From Trichosphaerium sp. ATCC 40318 (Eukaryota; Protista; Tubulinea): DNA of 64,000 nucleotides. Below the pieces are notes generated by a model, which ran no database searches, was not told the DNA's origin, and saw only the letters and a program-made list of their open reading frames with translations. Positions 24,493 to 40,911 of this stretch are shown in pieces. Where the stretch lies: the NCBI GenBank assembly GCA_038496445.1, contig JALMLS010000361.1:62001-126000 (forward strand). The letters run 5' to 3'. The position numbers and the translations under genes were made by a program. How positions within the stretch are numbered: the first letter of the stretch is position 1; each line of letters begins with the position of its first letter.

Positions 24493-25399
24493 TGTTGCTG
24501 ATGTTGACGTTTTGGATTAAACTGATTCAATGAATACAAGCAACTGACTTGAGTTCGCATAGATAAGTAACCTTTAATAATACCAATATACAAGTGATGA
24601 TATTCTGAAATTGTACGCTTGCTTGTATGTACATGCCAACACCTTCAAACGTTCACCTAACTATTAGATTCTACACGAACGAAATTTCAATATTTACCTT
24701 TAGCACGTGCTTACCACGTGTGTAGTATAGTAATACTTATTGTTTTCGCACAAAAGGATAGAAGAGAAAACTACTCCAAACAAAAGGTCTACATTGTATT
24801 CTTACGTCTAGGATTTCTTTTGTTGGAAGTTGCAAATAGATATCAAAAATGTTAATACCATAATTCAACAGTTAAAAGAGCCTCTAATTCAAAATCTAGT
24901 CTAGTAGAAATATTGATTTAGCCCTGTATAGTTTTATACGATGTGATCTCATTCAGTGGATCTTTTAATTCACGCTTGATGATATTATTATTTTGTGAAA
25001 TATAAAATAGCAGTTAATGGCGTTTTAAGCTATGATACCTCGATAGCTATCTAAAATCCTTGACATCCAGTTTGCAATTTGCAACGAACATTTCAAGACT
25101 GTGACGTGTATAAACGCTTAACAAAACCAGAACGCATGACAGTTTTGTAATAATCACGAGATTAGAACGTTAACACTAGATCTTAGTTACCAGTGTTAAA
25201 CTTCTGTCCCTATTTATGTCTGTAATTTTATCGTACGTACTAGCAAGAACGTTGCTGGATGCAGTGAACAGACACCGGTCAAGATAAGATCCATGATCTG
25301 GTGGAATGTCACATAATTAACCAGCTGAGCTCCAATTTTTTTCACTGTGCTTAACCGTACGCTAAGGCACTGAACTTTAAGGGCTCTAACTTTACCGCA

Positions 25400-26713
25400 A
25401 TGGCTAGTGTACTATGTGATGGCACAAGTTCTCGTTTCCTTGAAACAATACCAACAGAGCTTATAATCACCATTTTTGAGTGTACTCCGTGTAAAGCGCG
25501 ATATTCAGTTGCTCAGACATGCTGGCTGTTCTACAACATTATTCACAGACACGTTGGTTATGGTACAATCCATATAAGATCATCAGAGTCCATAAAGCTC
25601 TTACGCAACAAAAAATCGCTTTTAAACAATACGCTTGTATCAATCCATAAGTACAAGGCTACAGACAAAGAAATACGTTCATTGGCAGGTGTTAAGCGAT
25701 TATCAATATGGCAATTGGAAGTGACTGACGAGTGCTTTGAGGCACTTGCTGGTGTTAAGGAACTAGATATTTATAAGTGTAAACAAATCACAGATGAAGG
25801 TATACAATTCTTGTCGGGCGTACATACAATAGATATGAGTTTCATGACACAGTTGACAGATAGTTCATTGGAAGCTATAGCAGGCGCTTATGAAGTAGAT
25901 ATTTCGAGTTGTATTGATATCACTGATGAAGGATTAAAGTCACTTGCCGGTGTCCATTGTATAGATATCACATCTTGCAAAGTTACTGACATTGGTGTAA
26001 AAGCACTTGCTGGAGTCCACACAATAACAATGTCGGGTTGTGACAATATCGTTGGTTCTTGTTTTGAACAATTGGCTAGAGCTAAAAACGGAAAAGGTGA
26101 AATATGTCTTCACGTGATTAATATTTCTGGTTGTAGCAGTGTTAAACTAGATAATGTGAAGAAGTTATCTGGTGTCAATGACATTATTTTACGTAGCTTG
26201 AACGTCAAAGATGAAGATATCATACCTCTCGCTGGTGCAAGCGCTCTTGACTTAAATGGGTGCTACAACTTATCTGTAGCGTCTATGCTGGCTTTTTCTG
26301 GTATTCGCAGCATCGATTTGGGAAGGTTAGCCATACAAGACTCATGGCTTGAATGCTTATCAGGGGTGTATAGAATACAATTGAGGAACTGTCAAGGTGT
26401 AACTGATAACGGATTGAAATCACTTGCAGGAGTTCATACTATTTCCTTAAATAATTGTGCTGATATCACAGATGATGGTGTTATCCATCTTGCGGGTGTA
26501 CATATGATATGGTTGTTAGGGTGTATTAAGATAACAGATAGAGGTGTTAAAGCTCTTGCAGGTGTTCATACAATAAATCTAAATGGTTGCCTTCTTGTAA
26601 CAGATGAAGGAATATCAGCTCTTAAAGGTGCATTCAGAATTTGGGTAGGAGATACAAAGTGTACAAAAGAAGCTGTCACTGCATTAGGAGCTAACTGTAA
26701 TTCATTCATATGA
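25400..26713 (+). CDS. Intronless F-box/leucine-rich-repeat protein
   Basis: 437-aa ORF. F-box-like LETIPTELIITIF, then about 14 repeats of about 22 aa with consensus LAGVHTIxLxGCxxITDxGxxx. Confidence 0.9.
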   Translation: MASVLCDGTSSRFLETIPTELIITIFECTPCKARYSVAQTCWLFYNIIHRHVGYGTIHIRSSESIKLLRNKKSLLNNTLVSIHKYKATDKEIRSLAGVKRLSIWQLEVTDECFEALAGVKELDIYKCKQITDEGIQFLSGVHTIDMSFMTQLTDSSLEAIAGAYEVDISSCIDITDEGLKSLAGVHCIDITSCKVTDIGVKALAGVHTITMSGCDNIVGSCFEQLARAKNGKGEICLHVINISGCSSVKLDNVKKLSGVNDIILRSLNVKDEDIIPLAGASALDLNGCYNLSVASMLAFSGIRSIDLGRLAIQDSWLECLSGVYRIQLRNCQGVTDNGLKSLAGVHTISLNNCADITDDGVIHLAGVHMIWLLGCIKITDRGVKALAGVHTINLNGCLLVTDEGISALKGAFRIWVGDTKCTKEAVTALGANCNSFI

Positions 26714-27052
26714 ATTAGAAATCAAAGTGTACTACGAAGAGAAAAGATGAATAAACGTTTACAAACACCAATTCAGAGTGAGAAAACTTGGTTAGTTTCA
26801 ACTCTTGTTATGTTAAAAAACGAATGCGGTCCGAAAATATAAATGCGCAAGAAATAAAATGAAGATAGAACGCATTGAATGTAGCCCTCACTTATTTAGC
26901 GTCATTGCGAGTATTTCCGAATGTACTATCGTGTTTGAAACAACCCGGAAAATTATCAGCCTTGAGCTGAGACTATGATTACTCGTAATGTATTAGCTGT
27001 GTTTTCCATGTTCTAGAAGTAATGAGTTGTTTACGCTGACAGTCGATTTTTT

Positions 27053-27253
27053 TGTAGCGGGTATGTACCGCGATTGCGCTTATTAGGGAATCTTCTCCAA
27101 TTTCATGCGTTTCATTGGCTCGCAATAGTGATTTACATGAAATAGGTACCGTGCACTCGACAGATGGTGTCATGGTAGAGTACATTCGAGACGATGATGA
27201 AGAAGATCGGGTAAGTTGCAACCTTATTGCGCAACAGCCGTTTCTGAACGGTA
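27053..27253 (+). repeat. 201-bp copy of the myosin gene segment 44745-44945 (intron + exon + partial intron)
   Basis: Direct alignment at offset 17692, with 2 mismatches (27238, 27244). Confidence 0.95.
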
Positions 27254-27760
27254 AAACCAGCTAAGATAATCTCCTACGCACACAAAACCACCTGAGGCAT
27301 AAACAAAAGAATTTGGTGTACGCTACGCCCTTTTACTGTAAATCACGTTTAACGAACCGAAAGGTCACCAAGTTGCTCCTAAATTATTCTCCATAAAACT
27401 GCACACTATCCTGTATTGTATTCATTGCTATACCTGAGAATGCTCAACTTTTAAAGAAATCTGCATTCTATTTCTCCATTCTGTTATACTTCAGACTACT
27501 GCGCTATCGCGGCTCAAAAACAAGCTCACACAAATGTCACAATTTCAGAAAACACAGAACGAATGGTCAATAAGGAAAGCCTTCCAGAATATTGTTGATT
27601 ACTTTGTTAAACGACCTGTTTATAGTCTAATTTAAAAAGAGGTAATTTGGCCAAAAAAGGATGAAATTAAGGTTTAGAACAAACAGACTTTATTGCCAAA
27701 AATAACATTTGAATCCAATTTGGTGAAGAATTACAAAAATAGCACTAATATTATGCCACT

Positions 27761-28370
27761 CTAGTATTTATACGTGAGCTTAGTGCTGCTACCAGCACTC
27801 TTGGTGGATCTAACCTTGCGACGTTTTCTCCTTTTATCAGGATTAGAATGTAGCACTTGCACTGCACAAGCTTCAAGATAGGTCCAGTCGCCATACTCTG
27901 CGCCAGATTCGCATATTTCTGTCGACAAACACGATGTTAGAAATGCAAAAAAAAAGTATCAGTCGTGTCGGTTAGGTACCTCTAACGTAGCATTGAAATG
28001 CCACAGCTGTCTTATTTTTCGCGTGGTTATACTTGCGTTTAGGAATAAGCACCTCTGGAATTTCAATTTTGTTGGATAATGCAAACAGGACCCAAGCCTC
28101 CCTGGATTCGCAGTAATGAGGTTTAGGACCTCCTTTGATGATACCTAGAGGGTAAAAGTGAGCGCTTTTTGAATGTGAACAAAACGTAAAGAGGAAAAAC
28201 AACCGTTAGACTATGAACGTACAGTCACCGCATCCGCACTGTTCCCGTTGGTTAACTACATGCGAAATGAACTTTTTCGTTTGAGCGGCACAGTTGGGTC
28301 TCTCGTTCTTAGGGAGACTCCAGGTAACCGACCTCCCTGAAGAGACAGCGCATGTATTGGTTTTAGCCAT
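27761..28370 (-). CDS. Orphan Cys-rich basic protein (about 155 aa, 3 exons)
   Basis: MAKTNTCAV..CGCGDC..PHYC..DKRRKRRKVR..KY*, with two in-phase GT-AG introns. Confidence 0.55.
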
Positions 28371-29411
28371 TAATGAGGTGTTGTAAGTGTTGTAGAGTTA
28401 TGCAATTATGAAAAAAATGGCGGAAAAAAAGTTGATATTTTTAAACGTTGGAGTGAAGTTTTTCTATTTGTAGACCTATACCCCTTCGTGCTTATTGTGA
28501 TGCCTGTTAAATTGTTTAATGAAAGTCTGCAAAAACTACTTAGTTGTCTCTTTGGCCTAATTGAGTCGGTGTCAGCTACTGTGTCCTACGTTTTCCGTGC
28601 CTTTTGAACTTGTTCTGTGCTTTTTTTTTGAAACCTAATAATTCCGCGCCACGGGCATCATCTCAACGAGTGATTCCTTGGTCTAGAGGATGCTGTTGAG
28701 TAACGTCTAGTCAAAAACTTGTAGAATCATATTGCAACGCTCTAGCTTGTTACCAAGCAACGTGTACCACGGAGGACAGCGAGTCAAATCTCACCTGTAA
28801 AAAAAATGAGCTACGAGTAAAGGGTAAAAAAAAGGTTAACCGAGGACTCTTAGAACCTACGTTGATTCTTTGAGTAAGATGAGAGCAATCTAGTCACTAC
28901 AAGCTACGCATAAAACACGGTAAACGTTGTTGTGTTTCACGTTCTCTAGCAAAGGCTTTATTGAATTATATACATAGAAACAGCCAAAAACAAAGAAGAA
29001 TTGTTTTTTGTTGTTTGTTTGAGAAAAACTTGCCAACCAGTACTAGCGGCATTCAAATAGCATTGGTGCGTAAAGGTTGTACTTGTAGTAGAAATTTTTC
29101 AATACCTTTTGCTAACGTCAGTATCGTCCGAACAATATGCGATGTCGTGCGCATGTGAGTTTACTTCTTGGCGGTTAGTGGAAGATTATTTCTTCGACTT
29201 AACATTTCTTTTTCCACGTGCTCAGAATCAAGAATGAGATCATGTGGACGTGGCCGTAGCTGCTATAAAACCAAATACAAGGCGCAAATTGGTAAAAGCT
29301 TCATCGGTGGCTTTAAACCAAAAAAGGCGACATTTCCACGGTTAAGGGAGTTGAGTGGATTTGATTACTATGAGACAATCAGTCGGCGGAGTGCTGAAAT
29401 AACTTGGCGAA

Positions 29412-32400
29412 ATGGAATTCAGTGCCTACAGACTTTCGTATTTTGGTAAAAAGCAAAGTGGTAAAATAACTCTGCTTTACCTTTCTTGGCTTGCTGGTTC
29501 TGTTATTGTGGCATTCTTTCAAGTGTTATTGATTGCTTTACGGATTGATGAGCATTTTACAGCAAGCTGGCAACTGTTATTTGGACCGTTTTGGATTTGG
29601 GCTGCAATTTCATGGCATATATGCCTCTATCAGCTCTATGACGCGAATATACGTGCGTAGAGGTATTATTTTTCAAATCTCTCCTAAAATCAGCCACAGA
29701 GAAATCTAGTACGTGGAAAAAAGCCCCAGAGAACCTACGGTCTATAACTGTGTACTTTGGCTTTCCTTTTATCTTCACAATGATAGTTTCGGTTTTTCTC
29801 ATCGCCACACGCTTAGATGGTGCGTATTGTAATAAAAACGCTACACAGCGACCCGTTTTTTTCATGTGTCATTAACGTAACGCCCGTCTTTAGGTATTTC
29901 CGGAACGAAAGTCTCCCGTACGTTTTTAATCACCTCTCAGTCGGTTTAACGCTGTAATTCGCCCTTTTTGAACATATTATTTATGCATTTTTTTTACAGT
30001 TATCTTTACGCTACCTTGGCTTGTTGTTATTGGTATTGGGATTTATGAAATTTGTTTAAAAGGATTCTCGGCGTACCCAGCAGTTATAATTTGTTCCTAC
30101 ATAACCGTCGGTACAAACACGTGATTTTTTTTGTTGCAATTTATTTATTCTGTCTTCTTTTTTTAATCTTCTTTACAGCGCTTTCTATTATGGCAGCCCG
30201 CCTTGAGGGTCTAAACACTTGGAATTGGTACTCATTCCTTGATATATTTCACGTGTTATTAATGTCATGACACTCAACAAAATGAAGAAGTGTATCACTA
30301 TTTGTGGAGCATTTTTTAATGTTCTTTTTTACGCAACTAGTTCTTGTTTTGTCCTCGCTCAATTATCTCCTGACATATACATATTTAGGATCGGTGTATT
30401 GGCAGTAATTTTTTGGATACCAGATGCAGTCATAATCGGTATGCGATAACTCAATGTGCATTTTTTGGAATTTTTTTTGTACCAATGCTTATAGACGTTT
30501 TGTAGGTTTATTGATCTACGCAGCTTATTTGAGACTTGGTAAGACAATAAGGAAAAAACAAAAGATGAAGATTATCCATGATGTTGCGTGGTATATTATC
30601 CTACTGTTCCTATTTGGTCTGTTCGTTGCTTGGCAGGTAATATATTCGAAAGTTTTTCGTTTTGCTTAAGTTCTGTTTATTAGACTTTACTTGCTTTAAA
30701 CCTAGAAGGTGTTGACTTTCCTCAAACTCATGTACAAGCTCCTTTACTAGTCATGCTGTTTATTATTCTGCTTTTGATTTTACGTGCGTGTCAAGTGTTT
30801 TCTTCTTTTTGTAAGATGTTGCAAGTTTTTCATCTAAGTAAGTCTTTGTAGCTACTATATGGGCTACACAACTAAATAAGAAGCGTATAGCAGAAGATAC
30901 TGTTGCTTTAAATTATAAGAACAAACAGTAAGACGATTAGTTATTAATTGTTGCAGACTGAGCATGATTAGGAAAAAAGTAATGACTTTGTTAAATGATA
31001 CCTTTGATGCGCTAGTGAAGGACAAACTAAAAAAGTGTAATACTCTTGGTCACGATATGGAAGGATTACTTTTAGACAATGATATATTAGGTATGTTCGT
31101 CTATGCTAGATTTACGAGGTGTAACATGTATTCTGTAGGAAATTGGTTTAGCGACATGACAATCAAGATTGGTACTGAGCAATTTAATGTTCACAGGTAT
31201 GTGCTAATGACTCTTTTTGAATTATATAACCAACACTATTATAGAGTAGTATTAGCTCTACGTGCGGGTGTTTGTGATCTACTAGCTTGCTTGAAGACAG
31301 GTAAAAAGTCAATATTGAATGAAAAAGAAAACAACCCAGAAAAGAAATCTTTTTGTTTTAGTTCGCGTTTGCAGGGAATATAGTTATTTTTTGCGGTTTT
31401 TAAATCTATTCTTACGGTTATAATAGATATTATACCGGCAAAATATAGCAAGAAGACGTGTACCTATATCATTTCAAATGACTTTGGTATGTCTCCCGGA
31501 GAACTCAAACAATTATTGCTTTTTGTATACAGTGGAAAAGCAGAATACAAATCAAATGCGCAAGCAACGATCAAGAGATACTCTCTACTATCCGATAATA
31601 TATCTACAACACTTGAGGATGATTTTGGAAAAGCTCTAGATACACCTAAACAGTACAACTTTTTTTCTCTTTTTTTTCTTTTTTTCCGTTCTTATTCGTC
31701 TGCTATGTAGATACAAAAAATATGCAGATGTATTTGTTATAATACAAGGAAAGGAATATAGTTTTCATAAATGTTTCCTTTGTTGTAGATCAGAATACTT
31801 TGGTGCGATGTTCAGGTATGCTATTGTTTGTTTTGTTGGCAAATGTAATTTAAACTCACCTTTTTTTTAGAGTTGGTATGGCTGAAGCTTTAGATGATGT
31901 TATAGAATTGACTGATCTTGATGATAAAACGACATCATATGTATTTAGAGCAATCTATACTTCTGATATTGATGTACGCAACTGAGAGAAAATTACCCCT
32001 TTTCATTTTTTTGAACGAATTCTGTTTTTAACCCCTTCTCTTTTGTTGATCTCTTTTAGGTACCTTCAAATGATTTGGTTGAATTTATGGAACTGTGCCA
32101 TCAATATAGATTAGTAGATGCTTTGCAAAAAATTCAAGAAAAATTGATAAGCTTCATTGACTTCCAAAACGTTTTTGGTGCGCCCTCTTGTTGTATCCCA
32201 ATATTCTTATTTTTTTCTTAGATATGGCTAATTTGGCAGAGATGTTCATGCTTGATTTACTTCGTGCATATTGTGTATATTGGCTACTTATTCATTATGA
32301 GTATGTTTCTAAATTCAAGACATATAATAAATTGAACGATAACATCAAACAAGATGTCATCAAAAGGCGGAAACAAGGTACAACTTGCGTTCTACTATTT

Positions 32401-32714
32401 GATAGAATTCTTTTTTATTTTCGAAAAACAAAGAAATTGAGGCTTTTTGTGTGGAGCACAAGGGACAGTCTCATAACAGACATACTACTCGCACTGAGTG
32501 AGCAATTCGAGGTTTTTTTTCTTATTTCTTCATAGGTGCTAAATGGGCAAAGAATGGAACTTCTACGCAATTGGAGGATGCTATTAAGGCTGCCAAGAAG
32601 GATTCTTTAGTCACCTCGTTCAGAGCGAATCCTATAAGAGATTCTCGTAATCAACCTATTTTGGAAACTATATCTGATTCACATGAGCAATATGACCACT
32701 TACCGGGTGTGTAA
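29412..32714 (+). CDS. Multi-pass TMEM185/FAM11-like membrane region + tandem BTB domains
   Basis: Repeated 'LxxxLDG..W..F.P.W' TM units (IALRIDEHFTASWQLLFGPFW; AARLEGLNTWNW). BTB1 FSDMTIKIGTEQFNVHRVVLALR. BTB2 YADVFVII..FHKCFLCCRSEYFGAMF, followed by a BACK-like helical region. Confidence 0.75.
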
Positions 32715-33374
32715 AGGGTGTAAGCCATGAGAAGAAAATCTCAGCTGCTCATTATTCGCTCTCAACCCACCCCGTGTAAACACGTTTTCGTGTAAGCAAC
32801 TGAAACTCTGTACAGACATAAACATTGTGTTTTAGTAAGAACCTGCTTGGATTACTTGTAAAACTACTGTAGGCTAGTAATTCCTGATAACGACATGATT
32901 TACACTTTTGTGACTGTGTTATGGAGAGTGAATAGTACCAAAGCGGTGTTCAGCTTTAGTAGCTTCACAAAAAAAAAGAAAAAAAGACTTGGAAACTAAT
33001 ATCAATGAAGTTTGTTCGTATTAAATAGTTTTCAGTGTTTTACTTAGTAGGTACGTATTTTATCTTACTCTCCTCTGACCATCTTATCAGCAAGAACAGC
33101 GGTGGCATCAGGGTAGCAATTATTGACATTTTTTGAGCAGGAATACTCATGTTTGCGAGAAATAAAAATTAAGTGGGACCGTCAAATAGAGCTCCTTGTG
33201 CAACTTCGTAGTAAACTTTTTTGTTTGTGCACGTGACTTGTATTATGGGATTAATGTAGCCCAATATCCAATTTTAATACTAGATAAAAGAGAGTCCTTT
33301 TTCAGTGCTGAAAGTTCATTTTGCTACTTCTATTGACTACGACTTTGTCACTTATTTATCAACAGCTGGGGAGT

Positions 33375-34180
33375 ATGGCACTTGCTCAAGCAGCTGAAGA
33401 AGGTGATTTTGATGAAGTAAAATCAATTTTAAGCGGAGGGGAGGTAAGTATTGATGAATGCGACCTGATAGGATATTCGGCACTATTACACGCCGCCAAT
33501 GAAGGTTAGAGCGACTGTGGAAGCCTCTTACGCCTTTTAGGTCACGTTGAGATGGCATTCTTTCTCATAACGAAAGGAGCCAACGTAAATATAAACGCAA
33601 CCTCTGGAGGTGATACACCCCTTCATAGGGCAGTTTTAAAACGTAATTACGTAAATTTTACACTACTATTAGATCATACTAACGCCTCTTCAGATCAAGA
33701 CATTATATGCACCGCTCTTCTCGAAGCTAAGGCAAATCCAAACGCTAAACGCAAACTAGATGGTAACACACCCCTCCATTGTGCTGTATGCATCCAAGAT
33801 TATACTAAGAGATGCACAAACACTGACAGAAAGCGTAGGTAACAAAATCAAATCCTAGCCTTGTCAAGATGCTCTTAGGTTCGTTTAACATACATACCGT
33901 TACATTTGTCGACATCGTTGCTGACGCTTTACCAAACAGAGAGTGGCGCAGATCCAAAAGTGAAAAATAAAAGAAAACAAACTCCTGTTGACCTTGTCCA
34001 TTCGCACGATAAAGCCTCACTTGAACTTATGATGGGTAACTTACTTGTTTTTTTACCTGGTTTTTTTTTGTTGAAATCTCGCCATGGTGTACTTTGTATT
34101 TACTTTCTACAGAGTATATGCCAGGACACATGTTGGGTAAGACTCATAAACAGATTGTAGATTCATATATGGCCAAGTAA
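33375..34180 (+). CDS. Small ankyrin-repeat protein
   Basis: GYSALLHAANEGH, GDTPLHRA, GNTPLHCA, GADPKVKNKRKQTP. Confidence 0.85.
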
Positions 34181-34246
34181 ACGAGAACAAACGTATGTAA
34201 GAAATATTTATTTATCCAAGATTGACAAAAAGCATTTTTTTTTTCT

Positions 34247-37402
<3,156 letters not shown>

Positions 37403-37670
37403 GTGGTCAGTTTGTATTTTTGACTGTAGTTCGTAGACCTTGATTCACTTAATCGCATTTAACTTGTGGTTGATTTTTTTGCGCCAAAAAGTTTACCCGC
37501 ACTTCCGTATGGATGTATAATTGCGCCAATTGATACAAGTACGTTTAAAATTGTCATGTGTATAAGTTATGTGCAACTTGGATTCAGTGATAGGGAGGCT
37601 GAGTTACCAAAAAAAATGAGTTATCCCGAATTCCATTAATTTGTTAAGTCGGGTTTATATTATTACTTTT

Positions 37671-39228
37671 TTAGTAGCGTTTTGGTGAGTAAGAGCTAGT
37701 ACATTTTTGAGATTTTATCACTTCAATCTCCTTATTGCGATTGTTATCTTTTTCCTATGACCTGCTTTTACAATACCAATACTCTATAACCAACCATCAG
37801 CAACAAAAGAAAAAAAAGTCGAATTAAAAAAAAAAAAGCATACCTTTAAGTCATTGTCAGTTAACATTTTTACGATACTCATCTGCTCATATCCACCTCT
37901 AAATAAATGAATTATTGGACAGAATATCCAAAACAACAATCAATACCTTATAAAATTATGGGCGTATTGCTGCATTTCAATTTTTTTCAAAAATTTATAG
38001 ATTTTCTTTACTTCGATTGGACGGTTACTTATTGTTCCTCCAGCGGTTGGTTGATATGAAGGATCGAGACTATTAAACAATTATATATAAAATATGGTGA
38101 TAGCCCAAACACCTAACGAGAGTACCACGTACTCTGGTATCAAAGGTGCCTTTTCGGTATTTTCGTCTCTTTTTTTTTTCTTCAGTTTGCGCTTTTCTCC
38201 ATTGTCACCTAGTGAAAAAAAGTGATGAGAATGAGAAACTATCGCGTTAGAAGGACAATAACACTCCATATAATCGAATGAATCTCTCTTCCTTACCATA
38301 CAATGCGCGATCTTCAACTCTATGCGTATACCATACAAGTACACCAATAACAACAATAAGCATAATAACGGTCAAAACGCCAAGAGTGAGCAATAAAATT
38401 TCACGTTTTGAGTAGGCTACAATCATTAATAAGGAAAAAAACAAATCAAACAAAAAATTTTGTGACATATTTTTGACACTTACGTCTTGATCCACTTTCC
38501 TTCGGAGGAGCCGTTCCGTTCTTCACAAGCGTACATCCATACCGTGAACGAAGATTTATGTGGTAAGTACCATCAACAAGACTGTTTGAATCATCATATT
38601 CAACGTCCTCCACGTTCGCGTCGCAAGAAACTCTGATAGCTGTATCTCTACTTTTTTTTTCAATTGTTGGCTACCAAAGAAAAACGACAGTGTTATAGTA
38701 CCTGTTAATACTACTTGGGTAAGTTAACACCACGCCCATTCCGTCGTTTTCAGCTTCAATACTAATTTCTGTACTAATGAATACACCATAACACTTTTGA
38801 TTGCCGCGAGTATCCCATGGTGTTTCTGTAACGCGTTATTTGAGCAATGTCACACGACTTGTTTGTAATACCTCCAGAAGATCGACACACGCTTGTTGTG
38901 TGAGGTTTAGAACAGCTCACGGCGTCAGAGCACCCTTACAAATTAATTAACACCAACAGTATTGTAAAAAAGCTTACCAAAGCTCAAAGTATCACAAATA
39001 ACGAATTTAGTAGTGCTTGCATCGCTACGATCAATGTGCTACACAATGTCAATATAACATTCCACTTTGCCAGTACAGCAATGAAAGCCGCCAATAACAC
39101 ACCTCGTACTCTACGCCACTAATAGGATCAAGATTGTAAACACTCCCGTCTGGTGCGATAATGTCACCACATTCAGCGTAGACAAACGCGATCAGAAATG
39201 CAAAGGATAAAAGCGTAACTATACGCAT
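37671..39228 (-). CDS. Type I membrane protein: signal peptide, MRH/ATG27-like luminal domain, TM, cytosolic SAM domain
   Basis: DGSVYNLDPI, GVVLTY..TAIRVSCD..YHINLRSRYGC. TM ILLLTLGVLTVIMLIVVIGVLVW. SAM MQQYAHNF..LTDNDLKSIGIVKAGHRKKI. Confidence 0.7.
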
Positions 39229-39485
39229 GTTTAAAAGGCTTGATAAGCCTCCTCAAATAAAGTTACAGCGATTTTTCGCTTGACTCTACAAGACTTACTT
39301 TTTAACGTCTTTTTTTTCAGCCATCTGACAAGCCATTCGTACTACAATCTATTTTGAGGCGTACTAAACATAGTGCATAGAAAATCACGACCCAACCGCC
39401 AAGACTTCGACTTCAAACAGAAAAGTTTTACATCTTTTTTTTTCAAATTGCCAGAAGGCACTTTACTAATTTTGTACATTTTCTT

Positions 39486-40911
39486 TTACACAGTCAAATA
39501 CTTCATCAATATTGACGTGCATTTCAACACTTGCAAGTAATCATCTGATCCATCTAACAAGCTCTTATCAGCAGCACCGAGAGCAATAATTACTTCAGCC
39601 TTGCACTGATCATCAAGTTGTTTTACATCCCAATCAATAACAAGGTCAAGTATCTAACAAAAATGTTAAACAGACATTATTAATAACCAAAAAGTACCTT
39701 TTCTAAAATTTGGGCGCCACTGAAACCCTCAGCTATTGTATCTGCTACAGCCTTTTGAAGTTTGTCTACTACACCTCCTTTACATGCTTCAATAATAGAA
39801 TCAACTTGCGATAACGGCATTTCCTTTAAAGAACCAATCAGAACAAAGACCAAAAAAACAACAAGCCAGCAAAACTGTTGCGACTCAAGTGTCCCACGTA
39901 CCCCTGACAGAGATGTAATCTTGTCACTGTCCAGGTCTTCGCCACAAAATCTGTAACCTGTTTGAAGGAATGTTATAGCCTTACGCATATCTCCAGCTGA
40001 TAAATCAACAATTGTTTCATAGACATCACTAGGTAAGCTAAAACCTTCTTCTTTTGCAATGTACTCAAGTCTGTTAACCATAGCCGATGACTCTAGAGGC
40101 TTGAAACGGAATTTAGCACATCTGGATGTCAAAGGATCAATTATCCTAAAACAGAAGCGTCAACTTTGATAACAAAGACGCTGCGTTGTGATGTCTTGTA
40201 CGTGCCTGGAAACGTAATTACAAATAAAACAAAATCTTGTAGATCCAGAATAAAGCTCCATTGTGCGTCTCAAAGCAGCTTGAGCATCATAGGTCATACT
40301 ATCAGCTTCGTCAAGAATAATTATTTTGTAAGGAGGACAAGGGTATTTTCTATTTGATTGTCAGTGACGCCACGCGAAGAAGATATTTAATACCCATTTG
40401 GTGCAGCTCTGGCGGTCAATTTTGCAAATGTTTTGATTTTGGATCTGACAACGTTTATACCACGATCATCAGAGGCGTTGAGCTCTTTGACACGTTGTTT
40501 TATTAAATTTGGGCTATGGTAAATGCGTTAAATGTCTAGTTTATATTGTATGTCATCACTAACCCATATAGTTGCCTTGCTATAGCGTGTATTGTCTAGA
40601 GGCAACTTTTAGAAGTAATGGGACACAAATACGTACAGATGTTTTTCCTGTACCCGGTGGGCCGTAAAATAGCAAGTGGGGAAGCTATAAGAGTGAAGGT
40701 AAAACGCGCCAAAACAAATTCAAAAAATTATCAAAATGCATTACATGAAGGATACGTTTCCGCTCTCCAAAGATTTCTCTAAAGCTCTAACAACTTCATC
40801 TTGATGAGCTATGTCTTGAACAGTTTTTGGGCGGCTTTTAACGCTTAGCTACCATAAATGCTGAATTACGTACTATTTTTGAACCCAAGGCGCGTTAAGA
40901 TCGTTACTCAT
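39486..40911 (-). CDS. RFC4: Replication factor C small subunit (human RFC4 / yeast Rfc2 type)
   Basis: [58 protein letters not shown]. Confidence 0.95.

Noticed and set aside
24990-25294. Possible small spliced minus-strand ORF (MDLILTGVCS...)
   Set aside because: Only about 50 aa, no recognisable features and an ambiguous exon chain.
27320-27345. CGCCCTTTTACT resembling U5 loop I
   Set aside because: Extra C, weak stem and no Sm site.
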